Virus record (IMG/VR): IMGVR_UViG_3300042013_000061
Location: 1-64,000 of that record
DNA from: a virus
DNA length: 64,000 bases
Direction: 5' to 3' (one strand)
Shown: in pieces, positions 17,471-27,103 of the stretch
How the letters are laid out: each line of letters opens with the position of its first letter
How positions within the stretch are numbered: position 1 is the stretch's first letter
Translations under genes and position numbers: made by a program
Notes under the pieces: model-generated
The model's input: only the letters and a program-made list of their open reading frames with translations
Databases searched by the model: none
What the model was told of the DNA's origin: nothing

Positions 17471-18031
17471 TCACCGTCCGTTTCGACCGGGCGTTCGTTT
17501 GATTGATCGCTCACTAAGAAGCAATCCGTTATAGTTCATCCACATGGAATCTTTTTGACACTTGTTGCAGTTGTAAAGAAACACGTTAATCGTTGCTTCT
17601 TCCAACAACAAACGTTGCGCGGGCGGATCGGTGCGATGGTGCCCACAGAACGGACAAAGCAAGTCGTCAATTCCGCGTGCATCTTTACCGGGCAAACCAC
17701 GCAGACTTTCGCCACGATCACCGCGTGGGCCTTGCGGGCCGGGTGGGCCGGGTAAACCTTGTGCGCCTGTTTCACCAGCGAAATAATTGCGAATCTTTTG
17801 AAGCAGCGAATAAGGTTCACGCACAAAACCCATGTACGTGCCTTTGTTCAACGCGAAACGAACGGCGCAGTCTTCAGCCGATTGGCGCGCATCGAAATCC
17901 GTGTCGTAATCGTCGGCACGTCTGAGTTCGTGTTCGTAACGGTCGTCGGTGATTTCTTGCCAAAGATGCAGAAAGAATTTCGCTTGCGGAATAAAGCGCC
18001 TGTCGTGTGTTTCAAATACACGAGTCTTCAT
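17471..18031 (-). CDS. Protein with short collagen-like (Gly-X-Y) segment and CxxC...CxxC zinc ribbon
   Basis: GETGAQGLPGPPGPQGPRGDRGE; CPFC...CNKC. Confidence 0.75.
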   Translation of the reverse strand: MKTRVFETHDRRFIPQAKFFLHLWQEITDDRYEHELRRADDYDTDFDARQSAEDCAVRFALNKGTYMGFVREPYSLLQKIRNYFAGETGAQGLPGPPGPQGPRGDRGESLRGLPGKDARGIDDLLCPFCGHHRTDPPAQRLLLEEATINVFLYNCNKCQKDSMWMNYNGLLLSERSIKRTPGRNGR

Positions 18032-18033
18032 TT

Positions 18034-18321
18034 TTACACCTGCTTTGTGGCGTCGAAAATGTGCCAGATCAATTGACCGCCAGCTTCTTGCACGGTGCCG
18101 AGGAATTTACCCGGATGTTCGTCGATAGGATTACCGGTGCCAACAATACGAATTTTCCGATGTTGAAAATGCGTGCTGGTATCGTCGATCAGTGCCCACA
18201 GGCGCAGCTTGTCACGCTGGTTGTGGTCTTTCTGAAACTGCACAGAAAGAATCTCGGCACCGAATGGCAGCATCAGTTCCTGTTCGTCCGTAACTTCCAG
18301 CGTGTATTTTCCTACGATCAT
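18034..18321 (-). CDS. Conserved phage protein (LPxGAEILSVQ...VGTG...FLGTVQ...WHIF type)
   Basis: Motif recognition. Confidence 0.75.
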   Translation of the reverse strand: MIVGKYTLEVTDEQELMLPFGAEILSVQFQKDHNQRDKLRLWALIDDTSTHFQHRKIRIVGTGNPIDEHPGKFLGTVQEAGGQLIWHIFDATKQV

Positions 18322-18692
18322 TGCTTGTCACCGTGAGTGTTGATAAAGTTGCGAATTTGCGTTTCAAACAGAGCGGGTAAATCTGCAATCTTTCCGTTGC
18401 GGTACTGGTCGGGATAATGCTCGATGATTTCACCATTGCGGGAGAACGCCGAGAAATCCATCAGACCAAATTCCACAACGATATAGAGTTCGTCGCGGTA
18501 TGCCCATTCGAACATGATGCGCTTGTTGGAATCTGGTGTTACTTCGAAAACTTTGCCGCGACAAAGATCAGGAAACTTTTCAAACATAGCGCGAGCGGTT
18601 TGCATCACTTCGCCGGGGAGAGCGTCAGCACCGTGGCCGTCCCAATCGTCGAAGCTACAGTGCTTCCAAATGAAATCAAGATCGACCATCAA
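18318..18692 (-). CDS. Hypothetical protein (DDWDG.GA...FEW type)
   Basis: ORF packing, motif. Confidence 0.7.
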   Translation of the reverse strand: MMVDLDFIWKHCSFDDWDGHGADALPGEVMQTARAMFEKFPDLCRGKVFEVTPDSNKRIMFEWAYRDELYIVVEFGLMDFSAFSRNGEIIEHYPDQYRNGKIADLPALFETQIRNFINTHGDKQ

Positions 18693-18898
18693 ATCATTCC
18701 TTCAAACCGTAGCACGATATTGTTTTTATCAGCGCCACGCGGGTAAACTTTTGCACGCATTTTTCTGTAGGCTTTCCAGTAGGCTTTGCGTGTGTGGATA
18801 TCGGTGTTCAACCGGTCGCCAACGTTGTCGAGAAAACCTTTGGTAATCGCGGTTGTTTGTTGACGATAAGATTCTGCGAGTTGGTGTGTCGTGCTCAT
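18689..18898 (-). CDS. Small basic protein
   Basis: ORF packing. Confidence 0.65.
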   Translation of the reverse strand: MSTTHQLAESYRQQTTAITKGFLDNVGDRLNTDIHTRKAYWKAYRKMRAKVYPRGADKNNIVLRFEGMI

Positions 18899-18918
18899 TT
18901 CCAGTTCCCTTTGCAGTC

Positions 18919-18934
18919 GGGCCGTCCGTGGCCC
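18919..18934 (-). promoter_or_regulatory. Candidate RsmA/CsrA-binding hairpin
   Basis: GGGCC-ACGGAC-GGCCC, 20 nt upstream of ATG. Confidence 0.5.
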
Positions 18935-18942
18935 CGTGAGTT

Positions 18943-19962
18943 TTATTTCGCTTCGATTTCTTCCATCGAAATCACAGTGTATTCGGGTTCGGAATCGCCT
19001 GTGTCACGGCCACTGTCAGCACATACGCCGCATTCGTCGTAAATGCGCTGCGGTTTGTGTGTGATGGATTGTTGAAACCATTTCCACGCCAGCGAATCAT
19101 GAATCAGAACGGTACGATTTTCGGTACGGACATGCGGACACAATTCGTTGAGAATATTCGTGAACATATCCAAAGAAAACATGTGGAAACCCACACCGAG
19201 GCGAACCGGGTGCATCGACTGGCGATCAAAGTGCGTGTACGGTTTTGTGTACGCCAGCAAAGTTTTGATCGGATCGAGAATCGTAGGTGCAGCTTTTTTC
19301 AGCGTGGACATTGGTTCTTTATAACCAGTGCGGGAGCCAATGCTTGCGATGGTCGGAACTGCGTCGCCGTCTTCGTCACGCTCGCCGTCTTCCCACAAAT
19401 GTTCGGTACGGAAACGATTCTGCAATTCACGGTCATCAATCAAGCGACCGAAGCGGCGAGTCTCACCGTAGAACGCGTAAGGGCGAATGCGTTCTTTGTA
19501 ACTTTTCCACTCTTCGAACATCGCGCCCATTGCGTACTGTTGAATGTGTTCGTCGGGGAAAAAGATATGCGCTTCACGTCGCGGCAGACTGCGGCGATGG
19601 TCGATGTTGAAACCAATCTTTTCGATAACTTTTGCGAAGTGGTGATACAGAATGTCTTTGATGTAGCCGAGTTCAGGCGTGAAAATAACGTGCCCGGAAA
19701 AAACAATCTTGTTAAACAGTGAAACGATTTCTTCTTCGGTCGTGTCGAGGCCGATGCACAGGATTTCCTGCGGCACATTGCCTTTCATGTAATTCGCTAC
19801 ACGGGCTTGCGCGCTGCCTGCGGTGGTACTGAAAACAATTGCGTTTGTTGTAACGCCTTCACCGATGGGGCCGTTAATGCTGTAGCCCATGATGATTGCC
19901 TTGGTGGCAGTTTCGTACATTGCTTCGTTTTCAAACGTGGTAAAACCGATTTTGTATTGCAT
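18943..19962 (-). CDS. Hypothetical protein (~339 aa)
   Basis: Start reassigned to MQYKIG, AAGGA RBS. Confidence 0.75.
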   Translation of the reverse strand: MQYKIGFTTFENEAMYETATKAIIMGYSINGPIGEGVTTNAIVFSTTAGSAQARVANYMKGNVPQEILCIGLDTTEEEIVSLFNKIVFSGHVIFTPELGYIKDILYHHFAKVIEKIGFNIDHRRSLPRREAHIFFPDEHIQQYAMGAMFEEWKSYKERIRPYAFYGETRRFGRLIDDRELQNRFRTEHLWEDGERDEDGDAVPTIASIGSRTGYKEPMSTLKKAAPTILDPIKTLLAYTKPYTHFDRQSMHPVRLGVGFHMFSLDMFTNILNELCPHVRTENRTVLIHDSLAWKWFQQSITHKPQRIYDECGVCADSGRDTGDSEPEYTVISMEEIEAK

Positions 19963-20165
19963 GATTCTTCCTTTGCGCTTTCCACGCATAAGTTAGATAG
20001 GTTTCTCTGTGCTTTCCGCACATGAGTATTGCGTTTGTTTTCCGTTACTGTTTCTTGTCTTCCTCCCGCTTGCGCTTTTCCTCTTCCTGACGCTTTTGTA
20101 ATTCGCGCATTGCACGTCCTTCGTTCGCTTCTTTACGTTCACGAATATTTGCTACGCCTGCTTGT

Positions 20166-20438
20166 TCAAACATCATCGCCCACCTTATCAAACAGAACGG
20201 AATTGAATGAAATATTTGGGAAACCATCCAAATAGATTTTGGTGTGCCAGCTATGCACGCAAGCATCGGCCACCGTGTAAATTGCACCGATAGTCAAATG
20301 CTCGTTGGCACTATCCGATTCACCGGGCCAGCCACCTTCGCCCATGTAACGAACTTCGTCGCCGGCTTCGATACGGGAATCATCGTCTTCGAAATGTTCT
20401 TCGTCGATTTCAAATTCATTCATCTTTTTCACCTGCAA
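20166..20438 (-). CDS. Conserved phage protein (..FNSVLF type)
   Basis: Motif, packing; start may be 20423. Confidence 0.7.
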   Translation of the reverse strand: MQVKKMNEFEIDEEHFEDDDSRIEAGDEVRYMGEGGWPGESDSANEHLTIGAIYTVADACVHSWHTKIYLDGFPNISFNSVLFDKVGDDV

Positions 20439-20759
20439 ATTGCTGCACAGGATTAACGCAGTTGCGCACTACGTGTTCGGCTTCTGCGTAGGAGAAATTC
20501 AACGACGGAATCATCGGACGTGCCGAGGGAATAACCGGCATCCACGCGTTTTCTGGTGGCGTGTTGAAGTGTGCCAACATCACTTCAGTCAATTTTGCAG
20601 CGTCATCGAATTCCACGCATGGCAGCGCGTACAGCATCACGTAATCAGGTTTGATATCGTGAATGCTACGGTCAGGCCAGACCAAACGACCTTTCGTATC
20701 GTAGCCCATTTGCTTGTGCAGACTTCCGTGCTGTTTGAATTTTATTTCTTCAGGATCAA
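20416..20759 (-). CDS. Hypothetical protein (start uncertain)
   Basis: TTGA coupling proposed. Confidence 0.55.
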
Positions 20760-21157
20760 GGACGAATGCCACCCAAATTCGCTGGGTTAATTTCCACTTG
20801 ATACAGCGCGTTGCTCGCAATCCGTTGGTGGTTTTGCGGTGGCGTAGATTCGGACGCATGGTGCATTCCCATTGAGAAAGTATTGGCGGCTTTGTGCAGC
20901 GAAGTCATGGCGTTTTCGATTTCTTTCCACATTGCCGGGTGCATGAAAAGCTTGTCGTCAGCTTTGATGATTTGACGCGATGGAACTTCATACGGAATGT
21001 GATTGAAGCGTTTCGCTTTGTTCCACATTTTCCGATGCGCCCACTTGCGTTCTCGCGTGTGGTATTTCTTGTCGGTCAGCGTGGCATTCAGATGCACACG
21101 GAAACCGTTGTACATCGGATAAACGTTGCCGTTCCGGTCTGGAAACAACTCATTCAT
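20756..21157 (-). CDS. Hypothetical protein
   Basis: Start reassigned to MNELFP, GGAG RBS. Confidence 0.7.
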   Translation of the reverse strand: MNELFPDRNGNVYPMYNGFRVHLNATLTDKKYHTRERKWAHRKMWNKAKRFNHIPYEVPSRQIIKADDKLFMHPAMWKEIENAMTSLHKAANTFSMGMHHASESTPPQNHQRIASNALYQVEINPANLGGIRP

Positions 21158-21314
21158 ATTCGGGAATCTCCAGTGTAGTTTCTCGACGGCCACAAGCAAA
21201 AACCAGTCGGCCATTTCCGTCGATACTCACACTCACATCTGCCATGTCATGAAAACCCACGTCGAGATATTTCAACGCGGCTTTCATTTCATCGTAGAGT
21301 TCCTGCATGCTCAT
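21150..21314 (-). CDS. 54-aa hypothetical protein (MSMQELY...)
   Basis: Manually read ORF filling the gap. Confidence 0.6.
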   Translation of the reverse strand: MSMQELYDEMKAALKYLDVGFHDMADVSVSIDGNGRLVFACGRRETTLEIPEYE

Positions 21315-21318
21315 TTCT

Positions 21319-21759
21319 TCAGGCATATTTTCGGCACGCTTTTACAATGGATTGCCATGCGTCGAGGCCGTCCATTTCTTCGAAGCCTTCGAACGGGACT
21401 GTCGCGATTCCGGCCATGAGTTTCTTGCTGCGCTCAGGTTCATATTGTTGCAGAATTTCCAGAACTTTATCGCGAACGTTAAACCACTCATTCAGCGAAT
21501 TGCGGATGCTATAGCTGGCGCGCAGAACCGTAGCCATGCGGGCGTGGTTCTTTTTGATAGCGACAATCGCAAGCAACGTCTGGTCAATCGCCCGACCGTT
21601 TTTGTACGTCTTGCAGTCTTCCAAAAAGTTGACAACAAGGCGTGCAAAATTACGTGAGGCCGTAGGTTCGTCAGATTCCGCCAGCACGCAGATTTCCGCA
21701 ATGACTTCAGCGTCGGACAGTCGCGTATATTCCGCGAAGAAAATATCGTCCTTGTCCAT
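21319..21759 (-). CDS. Hypothetical helical protein
   Basis: ORF packing. Confidence 0.75.
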   Translation of the reverse strand: MDKDDIFFAEYTRLSDAEVIAEICVLAESDEPTASRNFARLVVNFLEDCKTYKNGRAIDQTLLAIVAIKKNHARMATVLRASYSIRNSLNEWFNVRDKVLEILQQYEPERSKKLMAGIATVPFEGFEEMDGLDAWQSIVKACRKYA

Positions 21760-22061
21760 CAGATCACCGAACCGATGCTGCTGGTTACGTGATTGAGAAC
21801 ACGGCGAATATCGTCGATGCTTTTAATCAGATGTTTTTCCATCGCTTCCACGCTCATTTCCCAACCGAAGCGCGGATCGTTGTCGCTATCCCACATGCAA
21901 TGGCCGAAGAAATAAACGGCGTAGTCACTGCCCACGTAACGGATTTCTACGAGCGGAACAAAGCGTTCCAGTTCGTGTGGCAGGCCATCGAAAACAAACT
22001 TGTTATTCACGTTGTCTACAGCGGCAAAAAGAACTTCACGCAGCGATTGGGATTCGGTCAT
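21759..22061 (-). CDS. Hypothetical protein (WDSDNDPR motif)
   Basis: ORF packing. Confidence 0.7.
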   Translation of the reverse strand: MTESQSLREVLFAAVDNVNNKFVFDGLPHELERFVPLVEIRYVGSDYAVYFFGHCMWDSDNDPRFGWEMSVEAMEKHLIKSIDDIRRVLNHVTSSIGSVI

Positions 22062-22066
22062 GGTGA

Positions 22067-22537
22067 TTACTCGATGGCTTTTAAAACGTCGATGGTGCGT
22101 CGCTTCATTCTTTTCAGAACCAGCAAGGCGTTGTAGTCCAGATCGTCAACTTTATCCCAATCTGGTTTATAGTTTGCGTACTTCACGATATCGGACAGAA
22201 GCAACAGGTTATATTCCGCCTGCAAATCTTCGACTTCCATTTTCAACTGTTCATACGTGGTGCCGTAAACAATCATGCGTGTGAACAGGGCAACCGGGGC
22301 GCCCATGAACCATTCGGAAACCGCGTCACAACGGCCACAAGTCCAGTGCATAAAATCAGTACCTTCCTGATAATCTGCCGAACTTTTTTCCATTTCGTAA
22401 GCGGTGTAAGAATGGCTCCAGCCTTCACAGCACAAACACTTCACCGATGCAGAACGCGGAGTCGGTTGTGGTTTGGTTGCGAACAAACTTTTCAGCCAGC
22501 CGAAACCTCTCACAACGAAATCCCCAGCTTGTGGCAA
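22067..22537 (-). CDS. Zinc-ribbon protein
   Basis: CLCC...CGRC; start uncertain. Confidence 0.65.
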   Translation of the reverse strand: MPQAGDFVVRGFGWLKSLFATKPQPTPRSASVKCLCCEGWSHSYTAYEMEKSSADYQEGTDFMHWTCGRCDAVSEWFMGAPVALFTRMIVYGTTYEQLKMEVEDLQAEYNLLLLSDIVKYANYKPDWDKVDDLDYNALLVLKRMKRRTIDVLKAIE

Positions 22538-22812
22538 AGACGGTTAATGTCGGCCATCGTTCCTGTGTCTGCGCCGTCGATAATCTTTTGCGCTTGCAAC
22601 GTTTCTGTCAGCAGGCGTTCAAGTTCAACTTTTGCGCTGTACAAAGTCGGCGTGTTGGTAATCAAACTCGGTTTATTGATCGCATCAGGATCGGTAATCA
22701 ACGCGATACGATGCAGCAGGCGGTCGAGGTTTCCAGTTGCACGAATCACTGCCGACCGGGCGCGACTCATGTTCAAATTTTCCGGGGTGAAATCGTCGTC
22801 ATCGTGGTTCAT
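22510..22812 (-). CDS. Hypothetical helical protein
   Basis: ATGA coupling. Confidence 0.7.
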   Translation of the reverse strand: MNHDDDDFTPENLNMSRARSAVIRATGNLDRLLHRIALITDPDAINKPSLITNTPTLYSAKVELERLLTETLQAQKIIDGADTGTMADINRLCHKLGISL

Positions 22813-23411
22813 AGCGGACGGTATCCTTCAGGGTCGGTAAGTGAACTGAAACTTCCGAAGTGTTCACGGAAATGATGCTTGTCTTCAATGCTGCAAATGT
22901 AATCGCTGCAAATCTCTTCGTAGTTCTGGTAATCGTCGTCATCCTCGTGCCGCAGAATGCGCATGGAAATCAGGAACAATTCCAGAATGATTGCGTGCAG
23001 TTCTTTGCGGAAATCCATCGGTTCCAAATGATCCAATGCTTCCGCCACTTTACAGAATTTCCCCACCTCTTCGATGTACAAAAAGAACAGAGAATCACGC
23101 GAAACATTATCGTTCTGCCAGCGCTTTACGTTTGCGTCGAACGTATTCAGGCGACGGCCCTTTCCTTCAAGCTTGGCGTAAGCTGCGATCAGACTGACAT
23201 TGAAGAAATTCGCCAACGACAAAACCGCGTAAACCAAACGCGGCCCATGCTTGTCTTCCAGTGCGGTGCCGTTCGCGTAAAAATCCGAACACAAACCCGC
23301 AACTTTCAGAGCGTAATGTTGCACCTTTTCTTTCTGCGTCAGGTTGCAGATATCCGCGTTGTATCGCAGATTGTGTTGGTGCAGTTTGAATTGGAAATCG
23401 TGCAGGTTCAC
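22809..23411 (-). CDS. MazG-like all-alpha NTP pyrophosphatase family protein (putative)
   Basis: Duplicated helical halves; EEVGKFCKVAEALDHLE motif. Confidence 0.5.
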   Translation of the reverse strand: MNLHDFQFKLHQHNLRYNADICNLTQKEKVQHYALKVAGLCSDFYANGTALEDKHGPRLVYAVLSLANFFNVSLIAAYAKLEGKGRRLNTFDANVKRWQNDNVSRDSLFFLYIEEVGKFCKVAEALDHLEPMDFRKELHAIILELFLISMRILRHEDDDDYQNYEEICSDYICSIEDKHHFREHFGSFSSLTDPEGYRPL

Positions 23412-23415
23412 GTTA

Positions 23416-23694
23416 TCACCACTGATTGATCTTGACCGGTGCTAGATTGAGTGCCAGCACTTCCGTAATAATGCCCTGCAAATACGCACGGGAATATTCT
23501 TCAATTTCATCCTCCGCAAGTGCGTAGTTTTTGTCACTCTGCACATACGTCACGCATTCACGAATCACGCCCCACGGCAAATGTGGGATGCGCAAAATGA
23601 CGACGTGTAAATCTCCGATAGCCGTTGTGTAGCCGGGCATCAACCCGGCACGTTCTGCATGACCGGGCGTTTCAAACAGAACTAAATAATTCAT
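23416..23694 (-). CDS. Hypothetical protein
   Basis: ATGA coupling. Confidence 0.65.
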   Translation of the reverse strand: MNYLVLFETPGHAERAGLMPGYTTAIGDLHVVILRIPHLPWGVIRECVTYVQSDKNYALAEDEIEEYSRAYLQGIITEVLALNLAPVKINQW

Positions 23695-24605
23695 TTGATA
23701 GGCAGCAACATCTGCGTGGTCGAGTCGAGAACTTCCGGTTTGTTACGTCCGGTGTTTTTCGAGAAGTGGAATTGTGAGCCACAAACCTTGCAGGTCACTT
23801 TGCGATAGTAGGTGTCGTCGTCACGGCACCAATTGCCGGTGTCGCTGGTGCATTCCTCAGAACAGGATTCAGGCGGATGATCGCAGTGTGATGCAATTTC
23901 TTTGATTGCCGACTTCGCACGTTCGATGATTTCTTGCTGTTTGATAATTGCCTGAGAAAGCATGCTGCCGATAAGTTTTGCAGGCGCAGCGGTTGCAGCT
24001 TTTGCAGCCAGCCAATGCGGCATAACAAAATTGTACAAATCGCGTCCGGGTTGGCTGTGCATAAAGGCAGCGGCCATTTCCATTCGATGCTTGCATTCGA
24101 TCCAGACTTCCTCTTCTTTCATGTGCGTCCGTGGGTGTTGCAGGAACGCAGGAAAAAGAATAATTGCATCACGCGCATAGTGAACACATACGCGACCGGC
24201 TGGCGTACTCCACTTGCCTGTATATTGAAAGAAATCTTTCAGGAATTTTTTATCTACGTTGTACGACTCAGGAATTTCGTCGATCAGCGCGATTGATTCA
24301 TCCGTGCCGGGAGTCGTGCGTGCGTTGGTGTGAGCGATCACGTGGCAAATCGTCGCCTGCATTACGCCCATTTTCATTTCATCGGGAATGTCTACGCGGG
24401 CGCTGCCTTTGCTAATGATCGTAGACAGAACATGTGCGGCTGCAATCACTGCATGGAATGTGAATTGCGAACCGGTTTCGTGCCACAAACCATATGCGAA
24501 ATTTGCGTTGTAATCACGCAGGAAAGATTCGCTTTCGACTACGCTCCACGTGCGATGGCCTTCGGAGTCTTCGCCGGTGTGTACGCTTACGCTAATGTTG
24601 CTCAT
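23691..24605 (-). CDS. Hypothetical protein with C-terminal CxH...CxxC zinc finger
   Basis: Start reassigned to MSNISV. Confidence 0.75.
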   Translation of the reverse strand: MSNISVSVHTGEDSEGHRTWSVVESESFLRDYNANFAYGLWHETGSQFTFHAVIAAAHVLSTIISKGSARVDIPDEMKMGVMQATICHVIAHTNARTTPGTDESIALIDEIPESYNVDKKFLKDFFQYTGKWSTPAGRVCVHYARDAIILFPAFLQHPRTHMKEEEVWIECKHRMEMAAAFMHSQPGRDLYNFVMPHWLAAKAATAAPAKLIGSMLSQAIIKQQEIIERAKSAIKEIASHCDHPPESCSEECTSDTGNWCRDDDTYYRKVTCKVCGSQFHFSKNTGRNKPEVLDSTTQMLLPIK

Positions 24606-24907
24606 GCCTTTTCCCCTCGTGCGCAAAATATGCAAGTAAATGCGCGCTTGTCGCCAGTGAATTCGTTTCTGCAATCGTGGCACGTACCGAGATATGAACC
24701 GGGCGCATAACCAGCGCCGTGCAGTTGCGGAATCTGCGCGCCGAAACATGCAATTTCAGCAGCCGCGATATCTGGAATCAAACGTTCCATATCTTCCGGC
24801 GTGTTTTGTTTATACAGAGCGAGATACTTTTGTCGTGCTTCCTTGTGTGCGTCAAAGTTGTACGCAGAAGCATCCAGCCAAACGAAAAGACGATCCCAAT
24901 TTGTCAT
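24602..24907 (-). CDS. Zinc-finger protein (GYAPGxYxxxCxxC...GDKRAxxCxxC)
   Basis: Motif recognition. Confidence 0.75.
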   Translation of the reverse strand: MTNWDRLFVWLDASAYNFDAHKEARQKYLALYKQNTPEDMERLIPDIAAAEIACFGAQIPQLHGAGYAPGSYLGTCHDCRNEFTGDKRAFTCIFCARGEKA

Positions 24908-24928
24908 TTTTATTTTCCATTAAGTGGT

Positions 24929-24942
24929 GGCCGTCCTTGGCC
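24929..24942 (-). promoter_or_regulatory. Candidate RsmA/CsrA-binding hairpin
   Basis: GGCC-AAGGAC-GGCC, 21 nt upstream of ATG. Confidence 0.5.
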
Positions 24943-24950
24943 GAGGTTCC

Positions 24951-25253
24951 TTACTCTTCGTCGTCGAAGGCGTAGATAAACGCGCCACCGGAGAACGCGA
25001 GGTTTTCACCGAAACCGATAAACGCTTCGGTTTCTGCGTAGAAAGTTTTCAGCGCGTTGCCGACGAAATAGGTACATTCGACAATCAGCGGGCAGCCTTC
25101 GTTATCGACCAGTTTGGTAACGGTCATTGCAACGTTACCGTTACGAATTGCAGTCAGCGCGCCGACGTAAGGCGTGGTGTTTTCCAGCGCTGCATCTTCG
25201 GCTTCGTCTGCTTCAACAGCTTGGCTTTCAACTTCGGACATTTTCAACTCCAT
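24951..25253 (-). CDS. Acidic hypothetical protein
   Basis: ORF packing. Confidence 0.7.
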   Translation of the reverse strand: MELKMSEVESQAVEADEAEDAALENTTPYVGALTAIRNGNVAMTVTKLVDNEGCPLIVECTYFVGNALKTFYAETEAFIGFGENLAFSGGAFIYAFDDEE

Positions 25254-25618
25254 TAACGACGTTTTTTGGTCTTGCGTTTTTGCTTCTGTTGTTGACGAAT
25301 GCGGGCACTCGCTACAGCAGAGAGCATTTCGGGAGTAAACGTAGGCGCTTGGCCTTCGCTCACTGCAATTTCATTCAGCATATTTGCCAGTTCAACTTTA
25401 CCAACGTTGCGCGCCAGCGAATCCATCAAGTCGTGCTTTTCCGTCAGTTCGGATTCTTCGACAGTTGGGTTTGCGCTGATTTCTACAGGCTCTTTGTAGA
25501 ATGGCATTTCGTCCATGTGAACAAAGTGCGGAGTTTCACCACGCAGGCGCGGGGCCGGTGCATTCTCTTCAGCGTCAGCGGTGATTGCAGCCAACAGGTT
25601 CGGGTCGATATCTTGCAT
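25253..25618 (-). CDS. Hypothetical protein with basic tail
   Basis: ORF packing. Confidence 0.7.
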   Translation of the reverse strand: MQDIDPNLLAAITADAEENAPAPRLRGETPHFVHMDEMPFYKEPVEISANPTVEESELTEKHDLMDSLARNVGKVELANMLNEIAVSEGQAPTFTPEMLSAVASARIRQQQKQKRKTKKRR

Positions 25619-25992
25619 TAGGAACGTTCCGTAAAAATGGATTTGTTTGTGTTGCCCTGTAGTTGGACAACGTAGGAATAACCGGAGTCTTTGACCGTGC
25701 GTGTCAGGTTGATTACGCGCAGTTTGACAGTCGGTGTCAGGTTGCCAATTTCGATCAGCACCTTTTTAGGCAATTCGACTTTGCGCTGGTGTGAGAAAAA
25801 TTCCAGAACAAGCATCACGTTATCCAGCTTGTCTTCGCACGGACGGAATTTGTATTGCACCATACTGCATGCAAAGAAACCACGCTTGACGATCATGTGT
25901 ATCGGCGTCGGCGGCTGGTTCTTTTCCCACTCGTAATTACACAGGAACAGCGCAGCAATCAAATGCTTCGTCAGGTCAGTTTCTGTTTGCAT
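25618..25992 (-). CDS. Hypothetical protein
   Basis: ORF packing. Confidence 0.7.
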   Translation of the reverse strand: MQTETDLTKHLIAALFLCNYEWEKNQPPTPIHMIVKRGFFACSMVQYKFRPCEDKLDNVMLVLEFFSHQRKVELPKKVLIEIGNLTPTVKLRVINLTRTVKDSGYSYVVQLQGNTNKSIFTERS

Positions 25993-26594
25993 TTTTGAAT
26001 CACCATACGCACAGCGGCCTTCGTGCCGAGTGAGTAGAAAACGTGCGAAAGTTTTTGACGACGTTCAAATTCTGCCTGCACTTCCTCAAGGCTGATTGGC
26101 CCCATGTCGGTATGCTCAAGCGAAACGTTCATGTAACGTCGGTCACGTACAAGCGTGCTATGCAAATGCCCGTGCAGATTACGCTTGCCGCGCAAATGGT
26201 CAGGGTGCAACGGCGCGTGCGACATAATCATGCTTTTCCAGCGCAACATGCTATGTACACTATTTACAGTTTTTAACTGGCTAATGAATTCAGCCGTTGC
26301 ATATTCGGTGCAATGATTGCCAAGAATCACAATCTTTTTGCCGGGGAAGCTATCGAACCGTTCCCATGCTTCTTTACTGAAAGCTACGTCGCCCAGCACG
26401 TAGGTGATATCGCGTTTATTGGAACGCACGCGTTCACACCACACCTTTTCCACGTAGTCATCATGCTCTTCGGTGTTGTGGAAATTGCGCAGATGGAAAA
26501 GCGTTTTGGAATTCCCGATTGGAACTTTAACTTTCCGATAGCCTGCAATGTTGCGATGGCCCAAGTGCAGGTCGGCACAGGTATAAGCACCCAT
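25971..26594 (-). CDS. Calcineurin-like metallophosphoesterase
   Basis: DLHLGH, LGD, LGNH, SHAP, HGHLH motifs. Confidence 0.9.
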   Translation of the reverse strand: MGAYTCADLHLGHRNIAGYRKVKVPIGNSKTLFHLRNFHNTEEHDDYVEKVWCERVRSNKRDITYVLGDVAFSKEAWERFDSFPGKKIVILGNHCTEYATAEFISQLKTVNSVHSMLRWKSMIMSHAPLHPDHLRGKRNLHGHLHSTLVRDRRYMNVSLEHTDMGPISLEEVQAEFERRQKLSHVFYSLGTKAAVRMVIQKCKQKLT

Positions 26595-27103
26595 TACAAA
26601 TCCTTGTTATATTTTGGGTTGGCGATTTGCAGCACCATCGTTTCGGTGTGACTTGTGAACGATTGCACTTCCCACAGCAGGCCGTCGAAGAAAATACTTT
26701 CGGTAAAAGCAACGTAATCGCGCAGAAGAAGCAGCAGGTCAGGATAGGTTGTGATTTCCAGATTACCCGCGCCCAAATATTTTGCATCGGCAGTCATGTT
26801 GCCGATCACAATTTCGTTTGCCGACATAAGCATTGCGTCTTCTTGCGGCGTGCGCCAATTGTGATGGCAGAAAATCGTAGGCTTCAATTCTTTGTCGTCG
26901 TGTTTCACGTACAGCGTCATCGGTGCCCGACCGAATTCTTCTGCAATCTTTTCGTCTTTGTTTCCGTTGCGGTCGTTTGCAGTATTCCACAATTCCCAAC
27001 CACCGGTACGCGTTGCCATCAAGCGCACGGAAAACGGCAGATTGAAAAGTTCGTACAACCGATTGTTCGCGGCGATTACAACGTCATGGTAGGAGTTGTG
27101 CAT
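26594..27103 (-). CDS. Hypothetical protein
   Basis: ORF packing. Confidence 0.7.
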   Translation of the reverse strand: MHNSYHDVVIAANNRLYELFNLPFSVRLMATRTGGWELWNTANDRNGNKDEKIAEEFGRAPMTLYVKHDDKELKPTIFCHHNWRTPQEDAMLMSANEIVIGNMTADAKYLGAGNLEITTYPDLLLLLRDYVAFTESIFFDGLLWEVQSFTSHTETMVLQIANPKYNKDL

